32,000 bases of DNA. It comes from Thermosulfurimonas dismutans (lineage in GTDB: Bacteria > Desulfobacterota > Thermodesulfobacteria > Thermodesulfobacteriales > Thermodesulfobacteriaceae). Below, in pieces: positions 19,580 to 26,889 of this stretch. The notes beneath the pieces are model-generated. The model saw only the letters and a program-made list of their open reading frames with translations. It was not told the DNA's origin and did no database searches. A program made the translations under genes and the position numbers. The stretch covers positions 30,001 through 62,000 of the forward strand of contig NZ_LWLG01000013.1 in NCBI RefSeq assembly GCF_001652585.1. Reading direction: 5' to 3'. Numbering within the stretch: position 1 is the stretch's first letter; every line of letters starts with the position of its first letter.

Positions 19580-19605
19580 CAATCTTAATCAATCTCATTC
19601 AATCT
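19580..19605. repeat. three CAATCT hexamers at exact 10-bp spacing
   Basis: tCAATCTtaatCAATCTcattCAATCTtgcg, with copies starting at 19580, 19590 and 19600, 17 nt from the tRNA remnant. Confidence 0.8.
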
Positions 19606-19766
19606 TGCGATTTTAACGGGTGCTAATCGCCATGGTGGTTATAAAATTCCATTTTACGGCCACCAATATGGACACCAAGCCCGGAACTTTTAAGTATCAA
19701 GGCTTTGTGGTCTTGAAGTGATTTTCAGTTAAGCGAAAATAATCGGCCGGAATCTGGTTTGACATT

Positions 19767-19997
19767 TTATAGAAGGTTATCAAGCTCATCAAGGCTTATT
19801 CCAGCGGCTTTAAGAATACATTTGAGGGTTTTGGGAGCTAGAATTTTTCCGCTATGAACCGGTATGGTAACCAAGACTTCTTTCTCGTCATGATAGAGAT
19901 GGTAGTGGCTTCCTTTGATTCGGACTATTCGGAAATCTGCTCGCTGTAAAGCTTTTACTAGGTCTTTCCCGGTGATCCTAGGCAGCTTTCTGCTCAA
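19767..19997 (-). CDS. hicA: type II toxin HicA (mRNA interferase)
   Basis: LPRITGKDLVKALQRADFRIVRIKGSHYHLYH...TIPVHSGKILAPKTLKCILKAAGIS is the YcfA/HicA signature. Confidence 0.85.
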   Translation of the reverse strand: MSRKLPRITGKDLVKALQRADFRIVRIKGSHYHLYHDEKEVLVTIPVHSGKILAPKTLKCILKAAGISLDELDNLL

Positions 19998-20196
19998 ATT
20001 CGACCTCTATTTCGGCCTGAAAAGACTTTCTGAGTTCTGTCAGGGCTTCAAGGTGTCCTTCGATGGCTTCTTTGGCATTTCCTATGGCTTCTTCGATAGT
20101 GTCTCCCTGAGTGACGCATCCCGGAAGATCCGGGACCGTGACCGTGAAGCCGCCTTCTTCATTGGGCTCGATCACAATTTTATAACGAAGTGTCAT
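19978..20196 (-). CDS. hicB: type II antitoxin HicB
   Basis: MTLRYKIVIEPNEEGGFTVTVPDLPGCVTQGDTIEEAIGNAKEAIEGHLEAL (HicB RNase-H-like fold signature). AGGAG lies 9 nt upstream of ATG 20196. Overlaps hicA by 20 nt. Confidence 0.85.
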   Translation of the reverse strand: MTLRYKIVIEPNEEGGFTVTVPDLPGCVTQGDTIEEAIGNAKEAIEGHLEALTELRKSFQAEIEVEFEQKAA

Positions 20197-20271
20197 CTTC
20201 TCTTCTCCTGTTTTTGGGATTCGTTTTATCATTTTAGATAAAATTCAGACGGATTTGAAGTTTGAATTTGC

Positions 20272-20472
20272 TCATCCGGTATCGATTTCCCGGAGCAAGT
20301 GCGCAGGCAGGTCAATAAAGGCAAAAAAATCTTTTGGGTAGAGGTAAGGTTCTCCACTTTCGTCTATGACTTTGAGGAGGCCGTATTCCTCTCCGAGGAC
20401 GGGATAAACTTTCCACTTTTCGAGAGAAAGCTCATAGCCCTGGTTTTTGATGCAAAGGGCGATCTTACTCAT
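20272..20472 (-). CDS. small hypothetical protein (66 aa)
   Basis: MSKIALCIKNQGYELSLEKWKVYPVLGEEYGLLKVIDESGEPYLYPKDFFAFIDLP. The ...VIDESGE.YLYP..FF motif recurs in small orphan proteins I have seen in accessory regions. No function known. Confidence 0.5.
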   Translation of the reverse strand: MSKIALCIKNQGYELSLEKWKVYPVLGEEYGLLKVIDESGEPYLYPKDFFAFIDLPAHLLREIDTG

Positions 20473-20486
20473 GGCTTGAGACCTTG

Positions 20487-20774
20487 ATGATCCGTTTCAT
20501 TTTGAATTCCTTCCCTGTGGAAAGCATCAACGCTGGACTCGAAAAATGGCTATGGAGCTCGGAAACTATTTCCCTTCGGAAAGAGCTCTAGAGGTGAACC
20601 TTTTCATCCAGATGACCAATCTCAAGGACAAATGGTGGCAAAAACCCATGTCCACCGTGCAGACCGTAAGCTATGAGCTCCAGCAGAAGTTCGTCTTGAC
20701 CTATGAGCTTGAAGGGGTAGCCTAAAATGGAAAAGAAGCTCGCTAACCTTTATGCAAAATTCCCTATAGGCCCC
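20487..20774 (+). pseudogene. IS256-family transposase 3' remnant (frameshifted) with terminal inverted repeat
   Basis: The frame from ~20490 gives IRFILNSFPVESINAGLEK (compare TTNIIESVNSKFRK in the intact copy). After a frameshift in an A5 run, ...MAMELGNYFPSERALEVNLFIQMTNLKDKWWQKP (compare RVFPTEESLLKCLYMAAMELERKW). The outer end ...AAAATTCCCTATAGGCCCC resembles the GGGG-initiated IRs of the other copies. Confidence 0.6.
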
Positions 20775-21003
20775 AAAGGGAAACCAGTCCCTCAAGAGCC
20801 TGTCTCTTCCACCAGGGAATAAGATTGGGATGCAGGTCAAACTGGGCCGCAAGCTCCGAAAGACTTTTCTCTTCCTTCAAAGCTTCTAAGGCTACCTTGG
20901 CTTTAAATTCCGGCGAATACCTCTTTGGCTTCTTTCTTTACATTTGGACCCCTCCTTAGTCTACTTTTTTCACCTTACCATGCTGTCCAAAATTTGGGGT
21001 CCA
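20775..21003 (-). pseudogene. IS3-family element 5' end: IRL plus OrfA (HTH) fragment, nonsense at codon 2, cut by the IS256-like remnant
   Basis: Minus strand starts TGGACCCCAAATTTTGGACAGC (an IS3/IS150-type IR beginning with TG), then GGAGG-N8-ATG-TAA. The frame continues RKKPKRYSPEFKAKVALEALKEEKSLSELAAQFDLHPNLIPWWKRQALEGL (HTH_Tnp_1 pattern) and ends where the IS256-like IR begins. Confidence 0.65.
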
Positions 21004-21035
21004 CTTCTCTTGAGACGCAGTTTGCTTCTTCTCAT

Positions 21036-21066
21036 GTTGGGGGAGTTAATTCTAGGCTCCCCCAAC
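21036..21066. terminator. 10-bp GC-rich hairpin downstream of the PLD/NTPase gene
   Basis: GTTGGGGGAG-11 nt loop-CTCCCCCAAC, 50 nt past the stop at 21117. No adjacent U-run on the minus strand; a T6 run lies 12 nt away on the plus strand. Confidence 0.3.
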
Positions 21067-21116
21067 GTCAATATCTAGTTTTTTCGAACACCCTCATTGA
21101 TTGTGCTTTGCGTTTT

Positions 21117-22948
21117 TTAGCCGCTCGAAAGCCTCTGAGTAAGCCTTTTCCACCAGCGAAAGCCTTTCTTCTCATCCTCCAGATCCAGAAAGTTCTTAAA
21201 TCTTTGGGCGTCCAAGAGGACTACCCCTTTGGTTTCCACCACCACGCCCGAGGGAAGATAGTTTACCAGCGAATCCTTATCCGGCCGGGAATGTTCCAAG
21301 AAGGCCCGGGTGATATCAAAGTACTCCCGACCGTCAATTTTTATAGTCTTTGCAAACAGTTCCTGGTGGGCGTGGTAAAAGGTAAACCAGGCCCGGCGGG
21401 CTCGCTCCCGATAGTAAAGATCTACAAGCCTTTCCTCCGTAAACCACCTCGGCCGATCCAGATCCAATTCCTCAAAATACTCCAGAAAGATTTCCCTGGC
21501 AGGTTTTAAGAAGTCTTCGGGGAAAAAGATTTCTTTCTGCCGGAATCTTCGTTCGAGTCTGAAAACGAAATCTCGGAAGAGGTCCTCTTCAAGACGGTAT
21601 TCCCGTTTTACTCTCTGAGGAAACGGGACGGAAAGTGGAAGATAGTAGATTCGGCGCATGACCTCCGGAGGGGCGTGGAAGTCCTTCTCGTTTCCGGTGG
21701 CCAGGAAACAGGCATGGGGGCCGGAGAAGGTGTTGGCCATCTCTTTGATGAACTGCACGCCTTCGTATGATCTTTCCGAAGTGGTGGTGAAGTACTGCCG
21801 TTTAACCTCGTCCACCAGGACGGGAAAGAGATTTCCGTTGGTAAGAAGAAGATAAATACCGCGCGAGTTGATTTTTCCGGCCGGGAATTTGGCCTTGGGA
21901 GTATAATGGTAATGAAGGCCGTGGTTTCCCAGAAGACGACTTATGGCACGCAGAAGAAAGGTCTTTCCGGAGCCGGCCGCCCCTGCGATATAAAGGAAGA
22001 TGGGTACTTCCGCTAGATACTCTTCCCCCAGAAGGGAAGCCTCTTTGCGAATGAGCCACAGAAAGGGCGACATGAAGGCGTAAAGGACGGCCTCGAAGGC
22101 AATGCGGCTAGCCCGCTCTTCGCCGGTAAGCTCGGAGTAGGAGCTCAAAAACTCATTAAGTCCCTGAAAAACCGTCTGGAGCCTCTCCAGAGGAAGCTCC
22201 CTTCCCAGAGGCTCGCCATTTCTGAAAAGTCCTTCCTCACGCCATTGGAATCTAGGCCTATCGTCCTCGAATTCCCTGGTCTCCTGGACGGTTCGCTTGA
22301 GCACCCGGAAAAGGGCCTCTTTTTTCGCATAAACCTCTCTGGGGGAGATAAGGATGGCCCCGGATTCCGTGCGCTTGGTTATGACCCGAAAAACCTCAAG
22401 GAGCTTTCTTTGTTCGCGGACGTTTTCCTCTTTTTCTTTGATCTTCTTTTCCATCTCTTCCAGAGAGTCTTTTAAGTGAGCTTCCACAAGGAGGGTTTTC
22501 ACCTCCCCGATACGGTCGGCAAAAAACTCCAGGGTTTCCTTGTCTTTGACCAATAAGGCTTCAGGGAGTTTCTTTTTCTTTTGGAGAAAATCTTTAGGGA
22601 ATAGGGGACGAGAAGATTTCTTTAAATGTCTTAGTACCTTTTCAAAGAGGGCAAATTTGGACGGATTCTCTTCTTCATCAAAGACTTCGAGGATCTCCCA
22701 TTGGCGTCCGCCAAGGGCTCTCTCGGTGAGGTTGGCGCTTCCCCAGATAAGCCTGCGCCCAGTCTCACCTTTTAAGAGAAAGATTTTGGCATGACTGGCT
22801 TCAAAGGGTACCAATACTTGGTAATCTCCTTTGGAGAGTTTTTCGAGAATTTGGGCGTTGGCCGAAACTTCTTCAAAGAGTCGGCGATTTTCCTCCGGTT
22901 CAAAAAAGGCCGCAAGTCCTCGCGCCGATTCCGGGAAACCTACTATGA
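21117..22948 (-). pseudogene. 3' part (607 codons) of an IS-interrupted PLD(HKD)-nuclease / P-loop NTPase gene
   Basis: HKD motif SHAKIFLLKGETGRRLIWGSANLTERAL (~22728-22793). Walker A IAGAAGSGKTFLL (~21960-21983). Walker B-like LFPVLVDEV (~21804-21827). Joins in frame to 24206-24433 once the IS and one target-duplication copy are removed. Confidence 0.8.
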
Positions 22949-24205
22949 GGGACTGTCCACCCGTTTGTGTAAATTTCATTATAGCCGGTCCTCGAAGAGA
23001 ATTGCTATCTGGCCGTATATCTGAGGCCAGCCCTTGATCTGGGCCCATTTCCGCTCAAGCTCCATAGCTGCCATGTACAAGCACTTTAACAGGGATTCTT
23101 CCGTCGGAAATACCCGTCTTCCGGCCGTAGCCTTACGAAATTTACTATTTACGCTCTCTATAATATTTGTCGTGTACATTACTCGCCTAATCTCCACAGG
23201 ATACCTGAAAAAGGCTGTAAGAGCCTCCCAGTTCGCCTGCCAGCTCTTCACTACGTGAGGGTATTTACTCCCCCATTTCTCCGAAAAAGCCTCCAGCTCC
23301 CTCTCCGCCGCCTCAAGCGTGGCCGCCCCATAGATCCTCTTGAGATCCCGAGCTATTTCACGTCTCTCTTTCCAAGCCACATACCTCAAGGAATTCCTGA
23401 TCTGATGCACTATGCATCTCTGGATATCCGCCCTCGGGTAAACCGCCCCTATGGCCTTCTCAAGCCCAGAAAGCCCATCCACGCTGAAAATGAAAACATC
23501 CTTCACCCCTCGAGACTTTAGGTCGTTCAATACACCAAGCCAAAATCGGCTCGATTCTGTCCCGTTTATCCAAAAACCTAAAATCTCCTTATAACCCTCA
23601 AGATCGAGTCCTATCGCCACATATACCGCCTTGTTCCTTACCTGCCCCTCCTCCCTGGCTTTATAGAAAATACAGTCTATCCAAATCAAAAAATACTTCT
23701 CCTTGAGCGGCCTCGAACGCCATTCCTCTATCTCCGGAAGTAGCCGATCCGTAATCTTGGAAATCAAAGAAGGACTTACGTCAAAACCATACATCTCCGA
23801 AAGGATCTCCTGGATATCCCTGGTACTCATACCTTTGGCGTAAAGGGCTACAATCTGGTTTTCGATCTCATCCAGCATAGTCTGGCGCTTCCTGACTATT
23901 TGAGGCTCAAATTCGCCCTTCCGATCCCTGGGAACCTTGATCTCCAGGGCCCCGGAAGAGGTCTTAATCGTCTTGGAACTGTAGCCGTTCCGGGAATTGT
24001 CGGTATCCGAGCGCTCGTATCTCCCGTAGCCCAAAAACTCCTCTAGTTCGGCCTCAAGGGCTTCCCTCAAAGTACGCCGGACAAGTTCCTTAATGGTGGC
24101 CTGCACTTCTTCGGGCTGAGGTGCCTTCTTGGCTCTTGCCATAGTGTCCACCCTCCTTTTGTAATTTGCTTATTCTAAAATCTCCACAGTTGGGTGGACA
24201 CTCCC
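22949..24205 (-). mobile_element. intact IS256-family insertion sequence (1257 bp)
   Basis: Imperfect terminal IRs GGGACTGTCCACCCGTTTGTGTAAATTT (22949 onward) and GGGAGTGTCCACCCAACTGTGGAGATTTT (complement from 24205). Flanked by a perfect 8-bp direct repeat TACTATGA (22941-22948 and 24206-24213). Confidence 0.88.
22979..24151 (-). CDS. IS256-family (mutator-type) transposase, 390 aa, intact
   Basis: NSRNGYSSKTIKTSSGALEIKVPRDRKGEFEPQIV..., DCIFYKAREEG..., SVDGLSGLEKAIGAVYPRADIQRCIVHQIRN, YTTNIIESVNSKFRK. These are the DDE and signature blocks of IS256 transposases. Confidence 0.95.
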   Translation of the reverse strand: MDTMARAKKAPQPEEVQATIKELVRRTLREALEAELEEFLGYGRYERSDTDNSRNGYSSKTIKTSSGALEIKVPRDRKGEFEPQIVRKRQTMLDEIENQIVALYAKGMSTRDIQEILSEMYGFDVSPSLISKITDRLLPEIEEWRSRPLKEKYFLIWIDCIFYKAREEGQVRNKAVYVAIGLDLEGYKEILGFWINGTESSRFWLGVLNDLKSRGVKDVFIFSVDGLSGLEKAIGAVYPRADIQRCIVHQIRNSLRYVAWKERREIARDLKRIYGAATLEAAERELEAFSEKWGSKYPHVVKSWQANWEALTAFFRYPVEIRRVMYTTNIIESVNSKFRKATAGRRVFPTEESLLKCLYMAAMELERKWAQIKGWPQIYGQIAILFEDRL

Positions 24206-24433
24206 TACTATGAAACACAATTTTTCGAAACCAAGATTCAGGAAGAACTCCAAGGCCTTTCTTATGGAGGCCGAATAGGTGAGCACCAGGGCCTCCTGAT
24301 AGCCTGCCACTAAACTCTGAGGGTCTCCAGAGAACTCCCGCCCTTTATATAAGATCTTGAGACGGCTCTCCGAAGTGTTTTCAAAAAGCCCCGCCATCCT
24401 TTTCATCTTGAGGTCTTTTTGTTGTTTTGACAA
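24206..24433 (-). pseudogene. 5' part (up to 76 codons) of the IS-interrupted PLD-nuclease / NTPase gene
   Basis: ...MAGLFENTSESRLKILYKGREFSGDPQSLVAGYQEALVLTYSASIRKALEFFLNLGFEKLCFIV, then it runs into the IS (GSVHPTVEILE* is IR-encoded). The start is ambiguous (TTG 24433, ATG 24406 or ATG 24397). Confidence 0.7.
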
Positions 24434-24455
24434 GGCGTCGCTTGGAGTTATATTC
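24427..24455 (+). promoter_or_regulatory. candidate sigma-70 promoter for the plus-strand operon
   Basis: TTGACA (24427-24432), a 16-nt spacer, then TATATT (24449-24454), ~24 nt upstream of ATG 24478, in the divergent intergenic region. The track's TTG start at 24427 is this -35 box. Confidence 0.35.
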
Positions 24456-24477
24456 AGAAAATCAACTCATAGAACCT

Positions 24478-25230
24478 ATGGCACTTGACGAAAAGATTCT
24501 CTATCGCATTTTTTCCGAGCTTTTTCCGGATGAGACGGTTGAAAATTGGGCCTTTCTCGGAGACGGCTTTACGCCTTTTGCGGACTGGAGGCGAGCCGCC
24601 GGCCCCAAAAGAGAGCTTTGCTTTCTTATCAAAACCTGCGATCCTCGAAAGTTTATCGTAAAAGCCGAGGATATTCTCGGTTCCCATTGCCGCATAGCCA
24701 AGCTCGATGAGGCCATGGGGGTCTATTCTTTCTGGGTAGGCTGGTGCGAGACGCCGATCTTTGCGGTCTCCTTTTTCGTGCCGTTTTCGGACCCGTGGCG
24801 GAAAAAGCTCTTTGAGAGGATTTTTTACGGAGATAAGGAAAAATTTCACTATTGCAAACTATTCAATCATGGGGTGCGTCTCCTTCCGGACGAAGACTTT
24901 GGGGTTCTTTCCGTGGCCCTCGGAAGACAGGTAAGACGCCCACTTGATGGATTTTACGCTCTGGTGCTGGCCTCAAATGACCGAGCCACGGCCGAGAGAA
25001 TCGAGGAGCTTGCGGGGATTCTTAAAATTTTAGAAAAGTTGAAAATCTTGGAAAAGAAGGCTTCTTTATTCAATTTAGCCAAAAACAGAATGGAAAGTTA
25101 CAAGGATCGTGGTATCAATCGGTTTTTTTATTTTTGGGACTATGAGGAGCGCTGGTTACGGAGCGCGAAAGCCGAAGAAGTAAGAATGTTAAAGCGTATG
25201 AAAAGCTCCCTGCTTTTCAAAGACGACTAG
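24478..25230 (+). CDS. hypothetical protein (250 aa), first gene of the operon; no motif recognised
   Basis: MALDEKILYRIFSELFPDETVENWAFLGDGF... with a helical, charged C-terminal third (ERIEELAGILKILEKLKILEKKASLF...). Same strand as the downstream MPE gene and 5 nt from it. Confidence 0.65.
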   Translation: MALDEKILYRIFSELFPDETVENWAFLGDGFTPFADWRRAAGPKRELCFLIKTCDPRKFIVKAEDILGSHCRIAKLDEAMGVYSFWVGWCETPIFAVSFFVPFSDPWRKKLFERIFYGDKEKFHYCKLFNHGVRLLPDEDFGVLSVALGRQVRRPLDGFYALVLASNDRATAERIEELAGILKILEKLKILEKKASLFNLAKNRMESYKDRGINRFFYFWDYEERWLRSAKAEEVRMLKRMKSSLLFKDD

Positions 25231-25235
25231 GAGTT

Positions 25236-25958
25236 ATGCTAGCCTTTGCCGCGGACATTCACGGCGAGTGGCGCAGGCTTTACGAGAACCTCCCTCAGGA
25301 GGTGGAAGCGGTTTTCATCTGCGGGGACGCTGAAATGGTTCGCTCTGAGGAGGATTTGGCGCTTATACCGGCTCCCAAGAAGCATCTAAAGCTCGGAGAT
25401 TTTCATTTCTTTTGGGAGCGGGGCGAGGTTCCCGTTCCGACCTATGTCCTTCTTGGAAACCACGAGCCGTACCTGTGGCTCTGGGAGCACGAAAAAAACG
25501 GACCGACGGAGGTCATTAAGAACCTATGGGTGCTGGCACGGTCGGGAGTTATTGAGCTTTGCGGGCTAAAGATTGCTTATCTTGGCAGGGTTTTTGCCCC
25601 TACTACCTATTTTGAAGGGCGAGTATGGAATCCAGAGAAAGACAAGAGGTCCAAAAAGTCGAAGCTTGCGAGCCGTTTTACACCGGAAGATGTAGAAAGA
25701 CTCATTTCAGAGGCGGCTAAAGTGGAAGATGTCGATGTACTCGCTCTCCACGAAAATCCGAATTATTGCAAGGACGCACGAGGAAGAGAAGTCTATCGGA
25801 ATATTGTTGAGCTTGTGAGACCGAAACTCATCATTTGCGGACATATGCATCGTCTTTTACTGGAAACTTTTTCTGGTGTTCCTATTTTTGGGCTTCCATA
25901 TGGGATTCCAGTCACTTGGCAAAAAATCGAGTGTTCGATGGAAAACACAAATCTTTGA
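25236..25958 (+). CDS. calcineurin-like metallophosphoesterase, Dbr1-like motif architecture (240 aa)
   Basis: All five MPE motifs: ADIHGEW, ICGDAEMVRSEEDLALIPAPKKH, LGNHEPY, LALHENP, CGHMH. Confidence 0.85.
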   Translation: MLAFAADIHGEWRRLYENLPQEVEAVFICGDAEMVRSEEDLALIPAPKKHLKLGDFHFFWERGEVPVPTYVLLGNHEPYLWLWEHEKNGPTEVIKNLWVLARSGVIELCGLKIAYLGRVFAPTTYFEGRVWNPEKDKRSKKSKLASRFTPEDVERLISEAAKVEDVDVLALHENPNYCKDARGREVYRNIVELVRPKLIICGHMHRLLLETFSGVPIFGLPYGIPVTWQKIECSMENTNL

Positions 25959-26010
25959 GCGCTAATTCGACCTCGATGTTTCGTCCAAGCCGATAAGTTT
26001 TCAATAGGCT

Positions 26011-26880
26011 ATGCATTTCGCAGTCATCGGTGATGTTCACGGGCGATTTGAGTTGCTGGCAAGGGTGCTTGCGGTCCTGCGCGACCGCTACGGGGTAGAA
26101 CTCGCCTTTCAGGTGGGCGACTTGGCCTTTCTATCCTCAAGCGACCCCAAGTACCTCAAGGCCCTGAAGATGGCCGGGCCGCAAACTCCGCCCCTCATTT
26201 ACGACGTTTTTGATGATGAAGTCCAAGCCATAAGGTTCCTCCACGGCGACATCGAGCTTCCCGTCCCGGTCTACTTCGTAGGCGGAAATCACGAGGACTG
26301 GCCGTACTTAGACTTCGTGGAAGAGAAGATGCGCGAGCAGGGGATAGCACCGCCCTACGAGATTGCGCCGAACCTCTTTTTCCTGGGAAAGGCGAGCGTG
26401 GTGGAGGTGTCCGAAATGCGGGTCGTCACCCTTTCAGGGATCTACGACCGCCTCAAGTGGGAGCTCTGCGTGACCTCACCGCGGAAGCTCTACTACCACA
26501 ACCAAGAAGACGAAGAGGCGCTTCTCTTCCATGCGCCCGGGGCGGACCTTTTCATCGCGCACGAGTGGCCGGTGAAGCTCGCTTCGGGCGCAACCTGGGA
26601 GGAGGCCATTTACGCAGCCGTCGGCTCTCCCACGGTGGACCGGCTCATCCACCACTTTCGGCCCGCGCTTTCGTTCCACGGGCACATGCACCGCTACGCG
26701 CAGGGCATTCGCGGCCCCATGGGAGAGCGGCCCACGAAGTGGGTGGGCCTGGACATGCTCATCGTGGACCACTACCACAGAGTCCGCAATGTGGCCCTTT
26801 GCGAGTTCGAGGGGCCGGGTGCGGTGAGGCTCCTTTTTACCGCGGAGGCGAGGAAACTCTTAAAGGACGCTTCCGCTTAG
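26011..26880 (+). CDS. calcineurin-like metallophosphoesterase, Dbr1-like motif architecture (289 aa), GC-rich
   Basis: IGDVHGRF, VGDLAF, GGNHEDWPYL, FIAHEWP, VGSPTVDRLIHHFRPALSFHGHMH. Clearly higher GC than the preceding paralogue; long spurious ORFs in the other frames are a symptom of this. Confidence 0.85.
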   Translation: MHFAVIGDVHGRFELLARVLAVLRDRYGVELAFQVGDLAFLSSSDPKYLKALKMAGPQTPPLIYDVFDDEVQAIRFLHGDIELPVPVYFVGGNHEDWPYLDFVEEKMREQGIAPPYEIAPNLFFLGKASVVEVSEMRVVTLSGIYDRLKWELCVTSPRKLYYHNQEDEEALLFHAPGADLFIAHEWPVKLASGATWEEAIYAAVGSPTVDRLIHHFRPALSFHGHMHRYAQGIRGPMGERPTKWVGLDMLIVDHYHRVRNVALCEFEGPGAVRLLFTAEARKLLKDASA

Positions 26881-26889
26881 GAGAGCACG

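Noticed and set aside
19520-19640. A complete tRNA or tmRNA gene on the minus strand
   Set aside because: Only the T arm, the acceptor 3' strand and CCA are present. The required 5' acceptor strand (GGCCCCA), D arm and 5' anticodon stem are absent upstream. The acceptor lacks the GGGG/G3:U70 and discriminator-A features of tmRNA. I call it a 3' fragment.
19631-19720. A 29-codon ORF (MVVIKFHFTATNMDTKPGTFKYQGFVVLK) in the tRNA-hicA intergenic region
   Set aside because: It is too short, has no RBS and has no recognisable family. It may be a gene fragment, but I cannot support it.
20925-21509. A 194-aa plus-strand ORF
   Set aside because: It is antisense to the 3' end of the PLD/NTPase gene and runs across the IS3-type inverted repeat and a hairpin. 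It has no motifs and is likely spurious.
23034-23521. Short plus-strand ORFs inside the IS (23034-23258 and 23255-23521)
   Set aside because: They are antisense to the intact IS256-family transposase and have no motifs.
24454-24849. Minus-strand ORFs of 131 aa and 71 aa opposite the first operon gene
   Set aside because: They are antisense to the plus-strand gene that is coupled to the MPE genes, and they have basic low-complexity composition. Neither strand has recognisable motifs here, so the plus-strand call rests on operon context.
25018-25056. A near-tandem 18-bp repeat encoding KILEKL-KILEKK in the 250-aa protein
   Set aside because: It is a short imperfect duplication inside a helical segment, and I could not connect it to any function.
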